A DNA stretch of 64,000 nt from Desulfobacterales bacterium (GTDB taxonomy: Bacteria; Desulfobacterota; UBA8473). The position numbers and the translations under genes are program-made. The notes below the pieces were generated by a model. It did not search any database, was not told where the DNA came from, and saw only the letters and a program-made list of their open reading frames with translations. The stretch is taken from positions 7,444 through 71,443 of the forward strand of contig JACQWO010000009.1 in NCBI GenBank assembly GCA_016209225.1. The letters are read 5' to 3'. Positions 19,737 to 29,634 of the stretch are shown piece by piece (the first letter of the stretch is position 1; the number at the start of each line of letters is the position of its first letter).

Positions 19737-20510
19737 ATGCGAGCTATCTTTCCTGCCTTTTTAAAACCTGTTGCGGATTTCACCATCACAGTCATCCTCT
19801 GGACGTACTACATTGTGGGATTTCTCGTGTTTTTTTCCCCCTTTTATCTTTATGCCTTCTTTTTTTCTGTCCGGCGTGAAGATGCCTTTCAAAAATTGAA
19901 TTGGCTGCTCCACCGGTCTTTTTTCTCTCTGTTACGAATCATCGTTCCCAGAGTGAAATGGCATATCGCGGAAGATGTCTCCGCTATCCGCTCTTCCATC
20001 ATCATTGCCAACCATCTTTCCTTCCTTGACCCCATTCTTTTCGTGTCTCTGTTTGAAAAACAGAAAACCGTTGTCAACATCGGCTATTTCAGACTCCCCG
20101 TTTTCGGCTGGATTTTGAAGACATCCGGCTATATCCCTTCCATGACAGAAGGCCTGTTTACGGAAAACATGATCCATCAGATAGAAAACATGAAGGATTA
20201 TTTGTCAGCAGGGGGAAACCTCTTTATATTTCCTGAGGGGACGAGAAGCCGCAATGGCCGAATAGGCCCCTTTGACAGAGGCGCATTCAGAATTGCCAGG
20301 CTATGTCACGCACCCATCAAGGTAGTATTGATTAGGAACACCCATAAACTCTATCCCCCGGGGAGTTTTTCCTTGAATACCTGTGACGAAAATGTCATCG
20401 AGATGAAACTGGCCGGAAGCCTTGAACCGGATTATGAAAGCGGCGCTTTTCCCCTATCCGGTCTCATGACGGAGGCGCGATCTCTCATGGAAGGAAAGAT
20501 GAAGCGATGA
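19737..20510 (+). CDS. Lysophospholipid acyltransferase (PlsC-like)
   Basis: NHLSFLD (HX4D) and FPEGTRS motifs; N-terminal TM segment. Confidence 0.9.
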   Translation: MRAIFPAFLKPVADFTITVILWTYYIVGFLVFFSPFYLYAFFFSVRREDAFQKLNWLLHRSFFSLLRIIVPRVKWHIAEDVSAIRSSIIIANHLSFLDPILFVSLFEKQKTVVNIGYFRLPVFGWILKTSGYIPSMTEGLFTENMIHQIENMKDYLSAGGNLFIFPEGTRSRNGRIGPFDRGAFRIARLCHAPIKVVLIRNTHKLYPPGSFSLNTCDENVIEMKLAGSLEPDYESGAFPLSGLMTEARSLMEGKMKR

Positions 20511-22054
20511 AAGTTGTCCTCATCTCCATGCCGGACGTCGTGCCCATCATCATTCATGAAATGGCGATCCATATGCCCAATCACGGTATTGCCTGCATCG
20601 GCGGGAATATTGACGACGGACATGATGTCCGCCTGATTGACCTGGTGCGAAAACGGAGAAGCATCTCAACCTATCTGACGAAAACCCTGAAGAGGATCAA
20701 TCCCGGCCTGATCGGTCTGTCCGCCATGACCTGGCAGTATCCGACATGCCTGGCCTTGATCGGACTCATTAAAAGCATCCTTCCCCATGTGAAGATCGCC
20801 GTCGGAGGTTATCACGCCACCCTGATGAGCGGAGAAATGACTGCATCCGCCGAAACGCAAGACGTGGATTTTATTGTCAGGGGGGAAGGAGAAGAGACCT
20901 TCCGCAGGCTGGTGAACGCTCTGGAGGGTGTGGACAGCATAGACGCCATACCGTCACTTTCCTACAAACGGGACGGTCATTGGGTTCACAACGACCAGGG
21001 GCCGCTCTGTGATTTGTCCCGCGTGAAACTCCCTATCCGGGACCGCAGGCGTTTGACGGGCGGATATCATTTCATGAACAGCAAAATAGAAGTCATGGAA
21101 ACCTCCCGCGGCTGCACCCGGAATTGTAATTTCTGCAGCATCAATCATATGTACGGACGTTCCTACAGGACGTATCCCATTGAACGGATCATCGCTGATC
21201 TTGACGACATCTGTTTCAACAAAAAAACAAAACTGGTCTTCATCACCGATGACAATATGGTTTTAAATCCGAAGTGGGTAATGAACGTTTGTGATGCCAT
21301 TATCCGGAGAAAATATCGGAACTTGAAACTGGTCGTGCAGGCCGACTGCATTTCCATGGCACAAAATGAAACGATGGTAAAAAAGATGTCCCAGGCGGGA
21401 TTCCGTACTGTTTTTCTGGGGATTGAAAATGTATCGCCGTATAATCTACTGACCATGGGAAAGGTCGGCATCGCCTCCGCGGCGAAGCGGGCCGTAGAGA
21501 ATTGCCAACGGAACGGCATTATGGTGATCGGCGGTCTGATCTTCGGATTGCCCGATGATGATGAAGATGCCATGAAGCGTAACTATCACTTTTTAATTGA
21601 TCTGGATGCGGATGCCTCCTACTGTCAGATGCTGTCGCCCTATCCCAAGACCAAACTCAGAGAGGATCTGATCAGAGAGGGGCTGGTCACGAATCACAAT
21701 CGTTATGAGCGGTATAACGGCCTCTGGGCAAATGTGAAAACGAGGCATCTGGAAGCGGAGCAATTACAGTATGCCTTCTGGTATTACAGACAGACCGTTC
21801 TGGGCTGGTGGAAACCATCGGCCTTCGCAAAAAGGCAGGGCCGGTTATGGACGTCTGTCTGGACATATATAGTCAAGCCTGTCATGAAATTTTTCATTGA
21901 CAGGCAGATCCGTAAGATCGGATGGGATGGCCGGTATCAAAGAAATATACGGCGATTGGAGAGGATGAACCACTTTGAGGATCTGAAAAGGTTCAGCGGT
22001 GATGAAGCCCCTGAGCAGCAGGGAATCCGCAGAACCGAAGGAGATTTTTCATAA
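20507..22054 (+). CDS. Cobalamin-binding radical SAM protein
   Basis: B12 domain (IGLSAMTWQ, GGYHAT), TSRGCTRNCNFC, ITDDN. Confidence 0.85.
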   Translation: MKVVLISMPDVVPIIIHEMAIHMPNHGIACIGGNIDDGHDVRLIDLVRKRRSISTYLTKTLKRINPGLIGLSAMTWQYPTCLALIGLIKSILPHVKIAVGGYHATLMSGEMTASAETQDVDFIVRGEGEETFRRLVNALEGVDSIDAIPSLSYKRDGHWVHNDQGPLCDLSRVKLPIRDRRRLTGGYHFMNSKIEVMETSRGCTRNCNFCSINHMYGRSYRTYPIERIIADLDDICFNKKTKLVFITDDNMVLNPKWVMNVCDAIIRRKYRNLKLVVQADCISMAQNETMVKKMSQAGFRTVFLGIENVSPYNLLTMGKVGIASAAKRAVENCQRNGIMVIGGLIFGLPDDDEDAMKRNYHFLIDLDADASYCQMLSPYPKTKLREDLIREGLVTNHNRYERYNGLWANVKTRHLEAEQLQYAFWYYRQTVLGWWKPSAFAKRQGRLWTSVWTYIVKPVMKFFIDRQIRKIGWDGRYQRNIRRLERMNHFEDLKRFSGDEAPEQQGIRRTEGDFS

Positions 22055-23589
22055 TGACATCTTCGGCCTCTTCAATGGCAGACCCTTCACGCATGAAGGA
22101 ACGGATCCGACTCCCCCTTTTGATTCCCATTCATCCTTATCTCAAAGACCACCATTTCGAAGGAAAAATCATTCTCCCCGCTGTTGAAATTCTTCAACGA
22201 CTGGCCGGTTCGGTGCAGTCTTATCGGCCCGATGCGCACATCAGATGTATGCGTTTCGCCTCATTCGACCGATTTTTGAATATCGGAGAGAATTCCCCTG
22301 TCATTGAAGCCTTTAATGAATTGGAGGTCTATGAAAGTGGGCGACTATCTTCCAAATTGATCACCGTCAGCCCGATAAGAGGCACCACCGCAATCAGGAC
22401 AAAAGTCCATGCCGTCGTCAATTTCACGGCCGCGGGGGAACGCATCGCCGGGCTGCCCATAGATATGCTCTCGGCGCTGGACGGCATTTGTTATAGAATT
22501 CCCTCCGGAAAATTGTACAGCGACCTGGTACCCTTCGGGCCTTCCTATCAGAATGTCAGGGGCAACGTCTTTCTTTCTGAGAGCGGCGGTGTGGCCCAGG
22601 TGCATGGTGCGGAACATCCGGCGCCAAGAGACCCCCTCGGGTCTCCGTTTCCCTTTGACGGGGCTCTTCATGTCGCCTGTGCCTGGGGACAGCGGTTTCA
22701 TCATATCGTGGCCTTTCCTGTGGGTTTTGAGGAACGCCTCATCGTCAATCAGACGGTACCGGGAGAAACCTACTTCTGCAGGATTTTACCTGTATCAGTC
22801 ACCGGAGAATCCCTTAAATTCGATATTTGGATACATGATTCGGCGGGGTGTCTTCGGGAGGAGATTAGAGGGTTAATGATGAGGGACGTCTCCGGCGGTC
22901 GCGTCGGCCCTCCTCCCTGGGTCCGAAGTGAAGGGGTTGTCTCCCTTGCCGCCATCGGGGAGCATTGCAGAGCACTATCCGTCATTGATATTGATACCAT
23001 TGCAGATTTTGCAATAAAAGCCCTTTCAGAAGGTGAAAGTGAGCGTTTTAAACCTATGGGAGCAAAAAGGCAAAAGAGCTATCTGGCGGCGCGTCTTACC
23101 CTAAAGTATCTTTCACGGAAACTGGCCGGTGGGGATAGGGTGACACCTGCCTCCGACATACACACGATGATGGAGGATCGGATTCATCCCCGCTGTCCGA
23201 TTCCCGGCGGCAAAGGTACGGCGTTTTGTTCCGTATCCCACGATAGCCGCTTTGCCGTTGCTGTTGCTGCCGATGAGGAAATCGGGGTGGACGTAGAAAT
23301 GGTATCCGACAGGGTTCTAAAGGCGCGGCACTACTATATGGAAGAGGAAGAAATGGCATTGACGGAGACATCCCCGTTGGGGCTTGTACATGCCTCCACC
23401 AGGGTCTGGTCCATAAAGGAAGGGGTAGCCAAGGCAACGGACAGGCCTCTTGCCGAATCGTGGAAAAGGGTAAAGGTCAATGACATTGGGCGGGACAGAA
23501 GCCGTCTAACCGTCGAAGGAACACGATACGTGGCCTTTCACGATACCGCCGACGATCATATTTTTACAATGGTGAAAAGGGAATCGTGA
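22054..23589 (+). CDS. PKS-type double-hotdog dehydratase fused to Sfp-type phosphopantetheinyl transferase
   Basis: N-terminal HPYLKDHHFEGKIILPAV (PKS DH His motif), FGPSYQ, DGALH; C-terminal SVSHD, IGVDVE, WSIKEGVAKA PPTase motifs. Confidence 0.75.
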   Translation: MTSSASSMADPSRMKERIRLPLLIPIHPYLKDHHFEGKIILPAVEILQRLAGSVQSYRPDAHIRCMRFASFDRFLNIGENSPVIEAFNELEVYESGRLSSKLITVSPIRGTTAIRTKVHAVVNFTAAGERIAGLPIDMLSALDGICYRIPSGKLYSDLVPFGPSYQNVRGNVFLSESGGVAQVHGAEHPAPRDPLGSPFPFDGALHVACAWGQRFHHIVAFPVGFEERLIVNQTVPGETYFCRILPVSVTGESLKFDIWIHDSAGCLREEIRGLMMRDVSGGRVGPPPWVRSEGVVSLAAIGEHCRALSVIDIDTIADFAIKALSEGESERFKPMGAKRQKSYLAARLTLKYLSRKLAGGDRVTPASDIHTMMEDRIHPRCPIPGGKGTAFCSVSHDSRFAVAVAADEEIGVDVEMVSDRVLKARHYYMEEEEMALTETSPLGLVHASTRVWSIKEGVAKATDRPLAESWKRVKVNDIGRDRSRLTVEGTRYVAFHDTADDHIFTMVKRES

Positions 23590-23674
23590 CGTTACGAACG
23601 TCTATCGACAAGCAGGCCACTTTTGGGCGCCTTGATTCGGTCCATGCGCAACGACTGACAGCCTTCAGCCTAGG

Positions 23675-25396
23675 TTACCACATCCCGATGTCAGGCAGAA
23701 AGGCCACGGCCCAGGTTCCGGGACCCATGTGCGCGCCTGAAGTCAGGGACAGAGGATGTAACACTATTCTGGCTTCCGGATAACGCCTTGTCACCTCAAG
23801 CTTGACCTCTTCCACCCAGGGCTGATTGTCTGAATATTCCAGCATGATAAGGGCTTTTCCCCCCGGTTGCAGGGAGCGGTCCAGCGCATCCATGGCAAAA
23901 CGCAACTGTTCTTCCCTGTTCCGGACTACGCCTACCTTGCGGGCCCCATCGGTCATGGGACTCACGATAGGTTTCATATGTAACATATCACCGAAAAATG
24001 CCCCCGTTTTTGACAGTCGCCCTCCGGCAGCCAGGTATTTCAAGCAATCGAGAAACACATACTCCTCGCAGCGGGTTACAGCCTGCCGGGCGAAGGCTGC
24101 AACTTGCCCGGCCTCAACGGACTCAAAGGCATAGGCAGCCACGGCAAGGGTGAGCACGCCAAGTTGTCCCGAGGCCGTACCGGTATCTAAGACCACAAGG
24201 CGGTCATCCAGATCATGCTCCAGCTTCCAGTCCATGACCACACGGTAGTTCCCCGTGAATGCCGATCCAACGCACAGGTAGAGTATCCGCTGATGGCGGC
24301 TCATGACGCTTGCATAGATTTGATGGCGCTCGAAGACGGAGGCCTGGGCAGTCGTCACCCGCAGACCAGACCGCATGGCGCTATAGAGTTCCTCGGGGCT
24401 GAAATAGGTTTCGGGCAGGCAGCAATCTCCGACGGTGAGGTAACTGTCCAGGAGGCTTATCCCTAAAGCCTTAGCGTTCTCCCGACTCAGGGAACCCGCC
24501 GCGTCGGTCATGATATGGATGATGGGCTCGCGGCTTTCGCTGCTAAAAGATGATGTCTGATGGTATAGATCATCTTCCGTCCAGCCGATGACCTGGCCAA
24601 GGCGGGCAATTTTCCGGCGGGCGTCTTCACTGTCCTGAGTATGAAAATGTATCTTAAGATAGTCATCCTTCCGAGTTACGACGACGGACTCACCGAGGGA
24701 GGTAAGCATCTGTCCTGCCTCTGCTGCATTAGTTTCGCTTTGGAGTACCGTGTCTACACAGTAACCTGTTTCAAGGTCATCACTATAGGACGGCGAGACC
24801 TGGAGCCTGCCCTGAAAGGTCTCCGTCAGGGGACGGAGGGGTATCCGGCCATCTGCGAGGACATGGAAGAATCCTTCAAAATACAGGAACAGACCGAGGG
24901 CGCCGGCATCCACCACCCCGGCCTTCCGAAGCTTAGGCTGCTGTTCCGTTGTATCCCGGACAACGGTCTCCAGGTGCAACAGGACATCGGAAATCCGGCC
25001 ATGGTCGGAGAAGACATTGGTATTGGGAAGAAGCACCGCCAGGGCGTCGAAGAAACTCAGCATCGTTCCCGGCTGGGGATCCGGTACTGCCTGCCAGGAA
25101 TGTTCACATCCCAGCCGGACGGCATAGGGCAGGTTTTCCCTTGAACCGGCCTGTAAAAAACACTGGAAGAACGAGGATGCGATATTTCCCGAGTTTCCCC
25201 GGGCCGAAAGGAGGATATCACGGGCAATGACCCGCCCATCCCGGTCGGGCCGGCGCAGTGGAGCTAAGCTGATGACAAGATTGCGGCCGGTATCTCCATC
25301 GGCGATGGGAAATACATTGATTCGGTCCAAAATATCTGCCCAGGCCGTGAGGCGCTCGAAACCGGTGATGAGGGCTTGCCGGAAGTCATCCATCAT
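23675..25396 (-). CDS. DAK2-like domain fused to DegV fatty-acid-binding domain (FakA/FakB-like)
   Basis: INVFPIADGDTG and PGTML (DAK2), then IMTDAAGSL, TTAQ, LDTGTASG, GGRL, HMGPG (DegV). Confidence 0.8.
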   Translation of the reverse strand: MMDDFRQALITGFERLTAWADILDRINVFPIADGDTGRNLVISLAPLRRPDRDGRVIARDILLSARGNSGNIASSFFQCFLQAGSRENLPYAVRLGCEHSWQAVPDPQPGTMLSFFDALAVLLPNTNVFSDHGRISDVLLHLETVVRDTTEQQPKLRKAGVVDAGALGLFLYFEGFFHVLADGRIPLRPLTETFQGRLQVSPSYSDDLETGYCVDTVLQSETNAAEAGQMLTSLGESVVVTRKDDYLKIHFHTQDSEDARRKIARLGQVIGWTEDDLYHQTSSFSSESREPIIHIMTDAAGSLSRENAKALGISLLDSYLTVGDCCLPETYFSPEELYSAMRSGLRVTTAQASVFERHQIYASVMSRHQRILYLCVGSAFTGNYRVVMDWKLEHDLDDRLVVLDTGTASGQLGVLTLAVAAYAFESVEAGQVAAFARQAVTRCEEYVFLDCLKYLAAGGRLSKTGAFFGDMLHMKPIVSPMTDGARKVGVVRNREEQLRFAMDALDRSLQPGGKALIMLEYSDNQPWVEEVKLEVTRRYPEARIVLHPLSLTSGAHMGPGTWAVAFLPDIGMW

Positions 25397-25441
25397 GGCA
25401 CAAAACCAAAGGTCTGCCGGATCTCATGTCTTTTCGTTTCA

Positions 25442-26998
25442 TCAGGCATTATGTTTCCTCAACAGGTCCGACTCGGCAATAGCCCGGGCGAGGCGCTCGA
25501 TGTCTCCATCCATCTCGCGATCTTCAAGTACCGCCTCAGACAGGGAGCGGATATTGCGGATGAGGGCCAGGAGATTTGACCGAACAGCAATGTTCCCACG
25601 GATATCGCAACCCTGGGCAGCGGCGAGGAGGTGAATGGCCAGCACCCGCTCCGTCAGGGTGCAGACCCGTTCTGCGTCGCGGGCGGCGATAGTCCCCATG
25701 CTGACCTTATCCTGGTTGTGAGACTCTGTAGAACGTGAGAAAGATGCGGCGGGCATGGTCAGCTTCAGCGCCTCTGCCGCAAGCGCTGACGCGGACAGGG
25801 ACATGGCCTTGAAGCCGTGGTGAAAAACGAAGTCTTCTCCCTCAGTCCGCACCAGGTCAGCCGGTAGCCCACGGTTAAAAAGGGGATCCACCAGCAGGGC
25901 TACCTGTCGGTCCGACATATCTGCTATGGATGCCAAGGCCGCTTTCAGTGCATCCATGGCAAAGGCCATATGGCCGCCGTAGAAATTACCGCTCATGAGC
26001 GGTTGACCCGTCTCCGGATCGAAGAGGGGGTTATCATTGGCGCTGTTTGCCTCTATCTCGACCCATTGCCGGATCCACGTCAGAGCATCGTAGAGGACCC
26101 CGATGATATGCGGGGCACACCGAACGGAATAGGGGTCCTGCAGGTTTTCCCGGGAATGAGACTCTATATTGGCAACACTTTTTATCAGCCGGAGTAAGTC
26201 CGTAAGGCACAGGGCCACATGAACTTGCCCCGGGAAGGGTTTTGCCTCGCCGATGACGGGGTGGAAGTGGAGGACCTTCCCCTTCAGGGCATGGACGGTG
26301 AGGGCCGTGGCACAGATGCCGGCATTGAGGATTCTGCCGGCTCTTTCCACAGTTTCGATGGCCAGCCCCGTCATGGTGGATGTGCCGTTCATCATCGAGA
26401 TGGCCTCTTTCGGGGCAAATACATACGGGGCAATGCCCGCTACGCTCAACGCCTCAGCGGCAGGCATGCGCTCGCCCCGGTAGAAGACCTCACGCTCCCC
26501 CGTCAGTGCCGCCACCACATAGGACATAGGGGTCAGATCGCCGGAAGCCCCCACGGATCCCTCACAGGGAACTACGGGCGTAATCCCGTGATTGAGAAAG
26601 GCTGTCAGCCGCTCTAAGAGCCCTAAAGAAACACCGGAATACCCTCTGGATAGACAGAGGAGCCGGCAGAGCATCGCTGCTCGTGTGGCGGGAACGCCGA
26701 TAGGTTCACCGGTGCCGCAGCCGTGAAACCGAATAATATTGTCCTTACGGTGTTTCAATACCTGGTCCTGAGTCAGGCGTTTCCCACAGGACTTGCCATA
26801 CCCTGTGTTGACGCCATAGACGGGAATACCGTCGTTGATGGCTTTGTGGAGCATGACCTCGCTCCGGCGGATGCCTTCGCGGAAGGAACTCTCCTGGCTG
26901 AGCTTCACCCTGGCCTTTCCCCGGGCGACGGCGACCATTTGTTCGAGCGTCAGTGGTCTCTGACTGATGGTTATTTCTCCCGTCACACGTCGCTTCAC
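25442..26998 (-). CDS. MIO-dependent aromatic amino-acid ammonia-lyase (HAL/PAL/TAL family)
   Basis: YGVNTGYG, GSVGASGDL (MIO Ala-Ser-Gly), QDPYSVRC, NDNP, HNQDKVSMG. Confidence 0.9.
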   Translation of the reverse strand: MKRRVTGEITISQRPLTLEQMVAVARGKARVKLSQESSFREGIRRSEVMLHKAINDGIPVYGVNTGYGKSCGKRLTQDQVLKHRKDNIIRFHGCGTGEPIGVPATRAAMLCRLLCLSRGYSGVSLGLLERLTAFLNHGITPVVPCEGSVGASGDLTPMSYVVAALTGEREVFYRGERMPAAEALSVAGIAPYVFAPKEAISMMNGTSTMTGLAIETVERAGRILNAGICATALTVHALKGKVLHFHPVIGEAKPFPGQVHVALCLTDLLRLIKSVANIESHSRENLQDPYSVRCAPHIIGVLYDALTWIRQWVEIEANSANDNPLFDPETGQPLMSGNFYGGHMAFAMDALKAALASIADMSDRQVALLVDPLFNRGLPADLVRTEGEDFVFHHGFKAMSLSASALAAEALKLTMPAASFSRSTESHNQDKVSMGTIAARDAERVCTLTERVLAIHLLAAAQGCDIRGNIAVRSNLLALIRNIRSLSEAVLEDREMDGDIERLARAIAESDLLRKHNA

Positions 26999-28275
26999 GA
27001 CCGGCCTCCGATGCTCTCTTCAATTTTCCCGAACCTGCGGATCATCAGTTCCCGGTTGCGGCCACGGTAAGTCCCGTCAGCCTTTTCCTTCTCCGTGACC
27101 TTCTGCAGAAGCTTAAACATTTTGTAAGTCTGGGGTTCATCCCGATAAAATGTATCCCAAGCGTAATGGTAAAGCTCCTGGAGTTTTTCCGGCGTCATGT
27201 TTCTGGGCCGGAAAACCACCTTGTCTGCCGTGTAATCGTTCCAGTCGTAAGAGAAAATGCGCCCGGCACGATGCAGGTCCTCGAAGGCACGGGTGTGTGG
27301 AAACGGCGTGAGGATAGTAAATTCGGCGAGGTCCAGCTTGATCTCCATAAGAAAATCTACGAGCCGCCGGATGTCGTTCTCCGTATGTTCGTCGAGGCCC
27401 AGGATGATTGTTCCCTCCACGGCAATGCCGTGTTCATGATAGCGCCGGATGCGATCCCTGATATAATCCGACGTGTCGAAGACGGCCTGATAGACGTACC
27501 AGACCCCCGCCCTGACGGCAAGATCGAGAATCTCATCATCATCCTCAATGGGATGGCAGCACCATTTTTTCCTTAGGGGAATCATAGCCGTAAAAAGCTC
27601 CCGTTCCCAGTCCTTGTCCTGGGCAAAAGAATTGTCCACGATGAACAGGCGGTTGTTATCAATCCCGGCCAATTCCTCCACCACCCTCTCGATGGGACGG
27701 GGGCGAAACTTCCTTCCCCCCAGAAAGGACACGCAGCAGGGATAGCAGTCGAAACGGCATCCCCGTGAGGCATGAACGAGATCCACCATCTGCACTCCCT
27801 TATAATAGTACAATTCACGATTTAATATGTCTCTTTTTGCTGTCCCGATGGATTCGGTGGGGGGGAAATCGGTCATGTAGTCATAGCGTTTCTGCAGCCG
27901 GCCGTTACCAAAATCACGGAAGACCCCCTCCATCTTACCTTCCACCTCGCCGAGAAAGACGGCATCTGCATGCGCCATCGTCTCCTCGGCATGAAGCATC
28001 GTCGCGATGCCGCCGAAGATGACCTTGACCCCCATTTCCCTGTATCTGTCGGCAATCTCCCAGCCCCGCCTGACCTGGCTTGTCAGCATCATTGATATGC
28101 CGACGAAATCAGGAGAATCGTCAAAGTTGATGGATTCCACATTTTCATCCGTAAAAGTAATTTCCACATCATCGGGTAACGTCGCGGCAAAGACGACAGG
28201 TCCGTGGGGCGGAAGGTGGAATTCCGTCTGCCTTTCCAGCTTCTTCCATTTAGGATAAATCAGTTTGAATTTCAA
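26995..28275 (-). CDS. Cobalamin-binding radical SAM protein
   Basis: B12-type N-terminus (DFVGIS...GGIATM), SRGCRFDCYPC, FIVDNS, TILTPFPHT. Confidence 0.8.
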   Translation of the reverse strand: MKFKLIYPKWKKLERQTEFHLPPHGPVVFAATLPDDVEITFTDENVESINFDDSPDFVGISMMLTSQVRRGWEIADRYREMGVKVIFGGIATMLHAEETMAHADAVFLGEVEGKMEGVFRDFGNGRLQKRYDYMTDFPPTESIGTAKRDILNRELYYYKGVQMVDLVHASRGCRFDCYPCCVSFLGGRKFRPRPIERVVEELAGIDNNRLFIVDNSFAQDKDWERELFTAMIPLRKKWCCHPIEDDDEILDLAVRAGVWYVYQAVFDTSDYIRDRIRRYHEHGIAVEGTIILGLDEHTENDIRRLVDFLMEIKLDLAEFTILTPFPHTRAFEDLHRAGRIFSYDWNDYTADKVVFRPRNMTPEKLQELYHYAWDTFYRDEPQTYKMFKLLQKVTEKEKADGTYRGRNRELMIRRFGKIEESIGGRS

Positions 28276-28288
28276 ATTGTTTCCTGTT

Positions 28289-28996
28289 CTATTCTGAGTC
28301 CTGACTCCTGACTCCTGGCTCCTGAGCAGTTACCGGCTCTGCACTGATCAATTTCAGGCGCAGCGAATAATTACTGGATTCGAAACCGGTCAGTTCCAAT
28401 ATTCCGGGGATTCTGTCATGCACGGAAAAGGCCCTGATTTTACGCAGCCGTTCATGAGAGGCGCGATATGTTTCGATCTCCCAGGTATCATCCTGATGGA
28501 CGACCACATCCACAATCCTGTCCTGATTTTCATAGTACCTGCAGATGGATGACCCGTTTTCAAGTAAGCCGGCATCGGCGAGCCGTCCCTGAGGGGCAAG
28601 AAAAATGAGACGGACATCCTCCATGATATGTGCGGCGAAATGCCCTCCATCAAATGGCGCCGCCGCCCGATCCACACGCAGTTCTCCTTTATCATGCCGG
28701 GCATCGAAAAGAACAAACCCCTCGATAGTCATGATCACGCTGTGGATCGTTCCCGCCGCCGGGTCAAAAACGGTGACGCCCACAACCGTTCCCGTCTTGC
28801 CGCCGGGTAACGCCGCCTCGATAGAGTGCACGACACGATAGGGGATATCGAGGAACGGCCGGCGACATCTCTGTATGGCATCCGCCGCTGCCGCCGGGTC
28901 CGTATGTCTGATGACAGAGAGGGAGCTGCAGGAAATGAGTAAGACCGTTGCCATCAATATGAGGAACCGGTGTCCAAATAACATAAAGGCTTTCAT
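28289..28996 (-). CDS. Lipoprotein of the lipid cluster, possibly a LolB-like acceptor; C-terminus extended by a repeat
   Basis: Lipobox LIS-C; adjacent to lolA-like gene; last residues (AQEPGVRSQDSE) derive from a heptamer repeat. Confidence 0.65.
   Translation of the reverse strand: MKAFMLFGHRFLILMATVLLISCSSLSVIRHTDPAAAADAIQRCRRPFLDIPYRVVHSIEAALPGGKTGTVVGVTVFDPAAGTIHSVIMTIEGFVLFDARHDKGELRVDRAAAPFDGGHFAAHIMEDVRLIFLAPQGRLADAGLLENGSSICRYYENQDRIVDVVVHQDDTWEIETYRASHERLRKIRAFSVHDRIPGILELTGFESSNYSLRLKLISAEPVTAQEPGVRSQDSE
28293..28333. repeat. Half element: (CTCCTGA)n heptamers ending in CTGAGCAGTTAC terminus
   Basis: TGAGTCCTGACTCCTGACTCCTGGCTCCTGAGCAGTTAC; terminus matches CTGAGTAGTTAC at 62826-62837. 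Confidence 0.55.
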
Positions 28997-29634
28997 TCCA
29001 CTTCCCGGAAAAACGTTTCGCTGATATTCTCGTTAATCTGCACATCGATGAATTCAAAGAGGGTGTAATTCCCCTCATTTTCGACGATTTTAACGGATTT
29101 CATGACCCCCGGTCTGTCTGCCGAAAGGTTTATCACGATGCGCGATATCATGGCCGACAGTCCTTTTTCCTTTGGCGTGAGGATAATCTGCGGTCCCTTT
29201 GTTCCTTTTATGGTCGCCGAAAAATGCTTATTCCCGGTGAACTGTCCCTTGCTCCACAGACTGATCTCTTGGAGGACGATTTGCATCGCCTCAACGGTCC
29301 CGCCCGATTCCTCGACAATACCTTTATTGTCCATAGTATATCGTTTGATATTTCCCTTGTGCATCAGCAAAACGCTTTTTACGGGAGAGGTGTATTCCCA
29401 TCTGATCGAATCGGGTGCCTGAAAATAAAAACGCCCTTTTGAAACAAGGGGTTTGGTAAGGATCTGCATGTGTTTTTCCTGAGAGAAATGGGCGCTGACC
29501 GATTTTATCCTCGCCGATTCTTTCTGAATATCCTCCCAGTTGTCGGCCCACCCCAGCATAACAGGACAGGATAGAATCATCATAATGAGGAATACACATT
29601 TTGTTGCTCTGCTGTCTATCATCGTAAAATCCAT
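28993..29634 (-). CDS. lolA: LolA-like outer-membrane lipoprotein/lipid carrier (ApeL-like)
   Basis: Signal peptide, FSQEK...SKGRFYFQAPDSIRWEYTSP; start ATG 29634 overlaps fabG stop (TAATG). Confidence 0.8.
   Translation of the reverse strand: MDFTMIDSRATKCVFLIMMILSCPVMLGWADNWEDIQKESARIKSVSAHFSQEKHMQILTKPLVSKGRFYFQAPDSIRWEYTSPVKSVLLMHKGNIKRYTMDNKGIVEESGGTVEAMQIVLQEISLWSKGQFTGNKHFSATIKGTKGPQIILTPKEKGLSAMISRIVINLSADRPGVMKSVKIVENEGNYTLFEFIDVQINENISETFFREVE

Noticed and set aside
28293-28333. CRISPR or VNTR array
   Set aside because: Only about four degenerate heptamers without spacers. No CRISPR repeat-spacer pattern was seen anywhere in the window.
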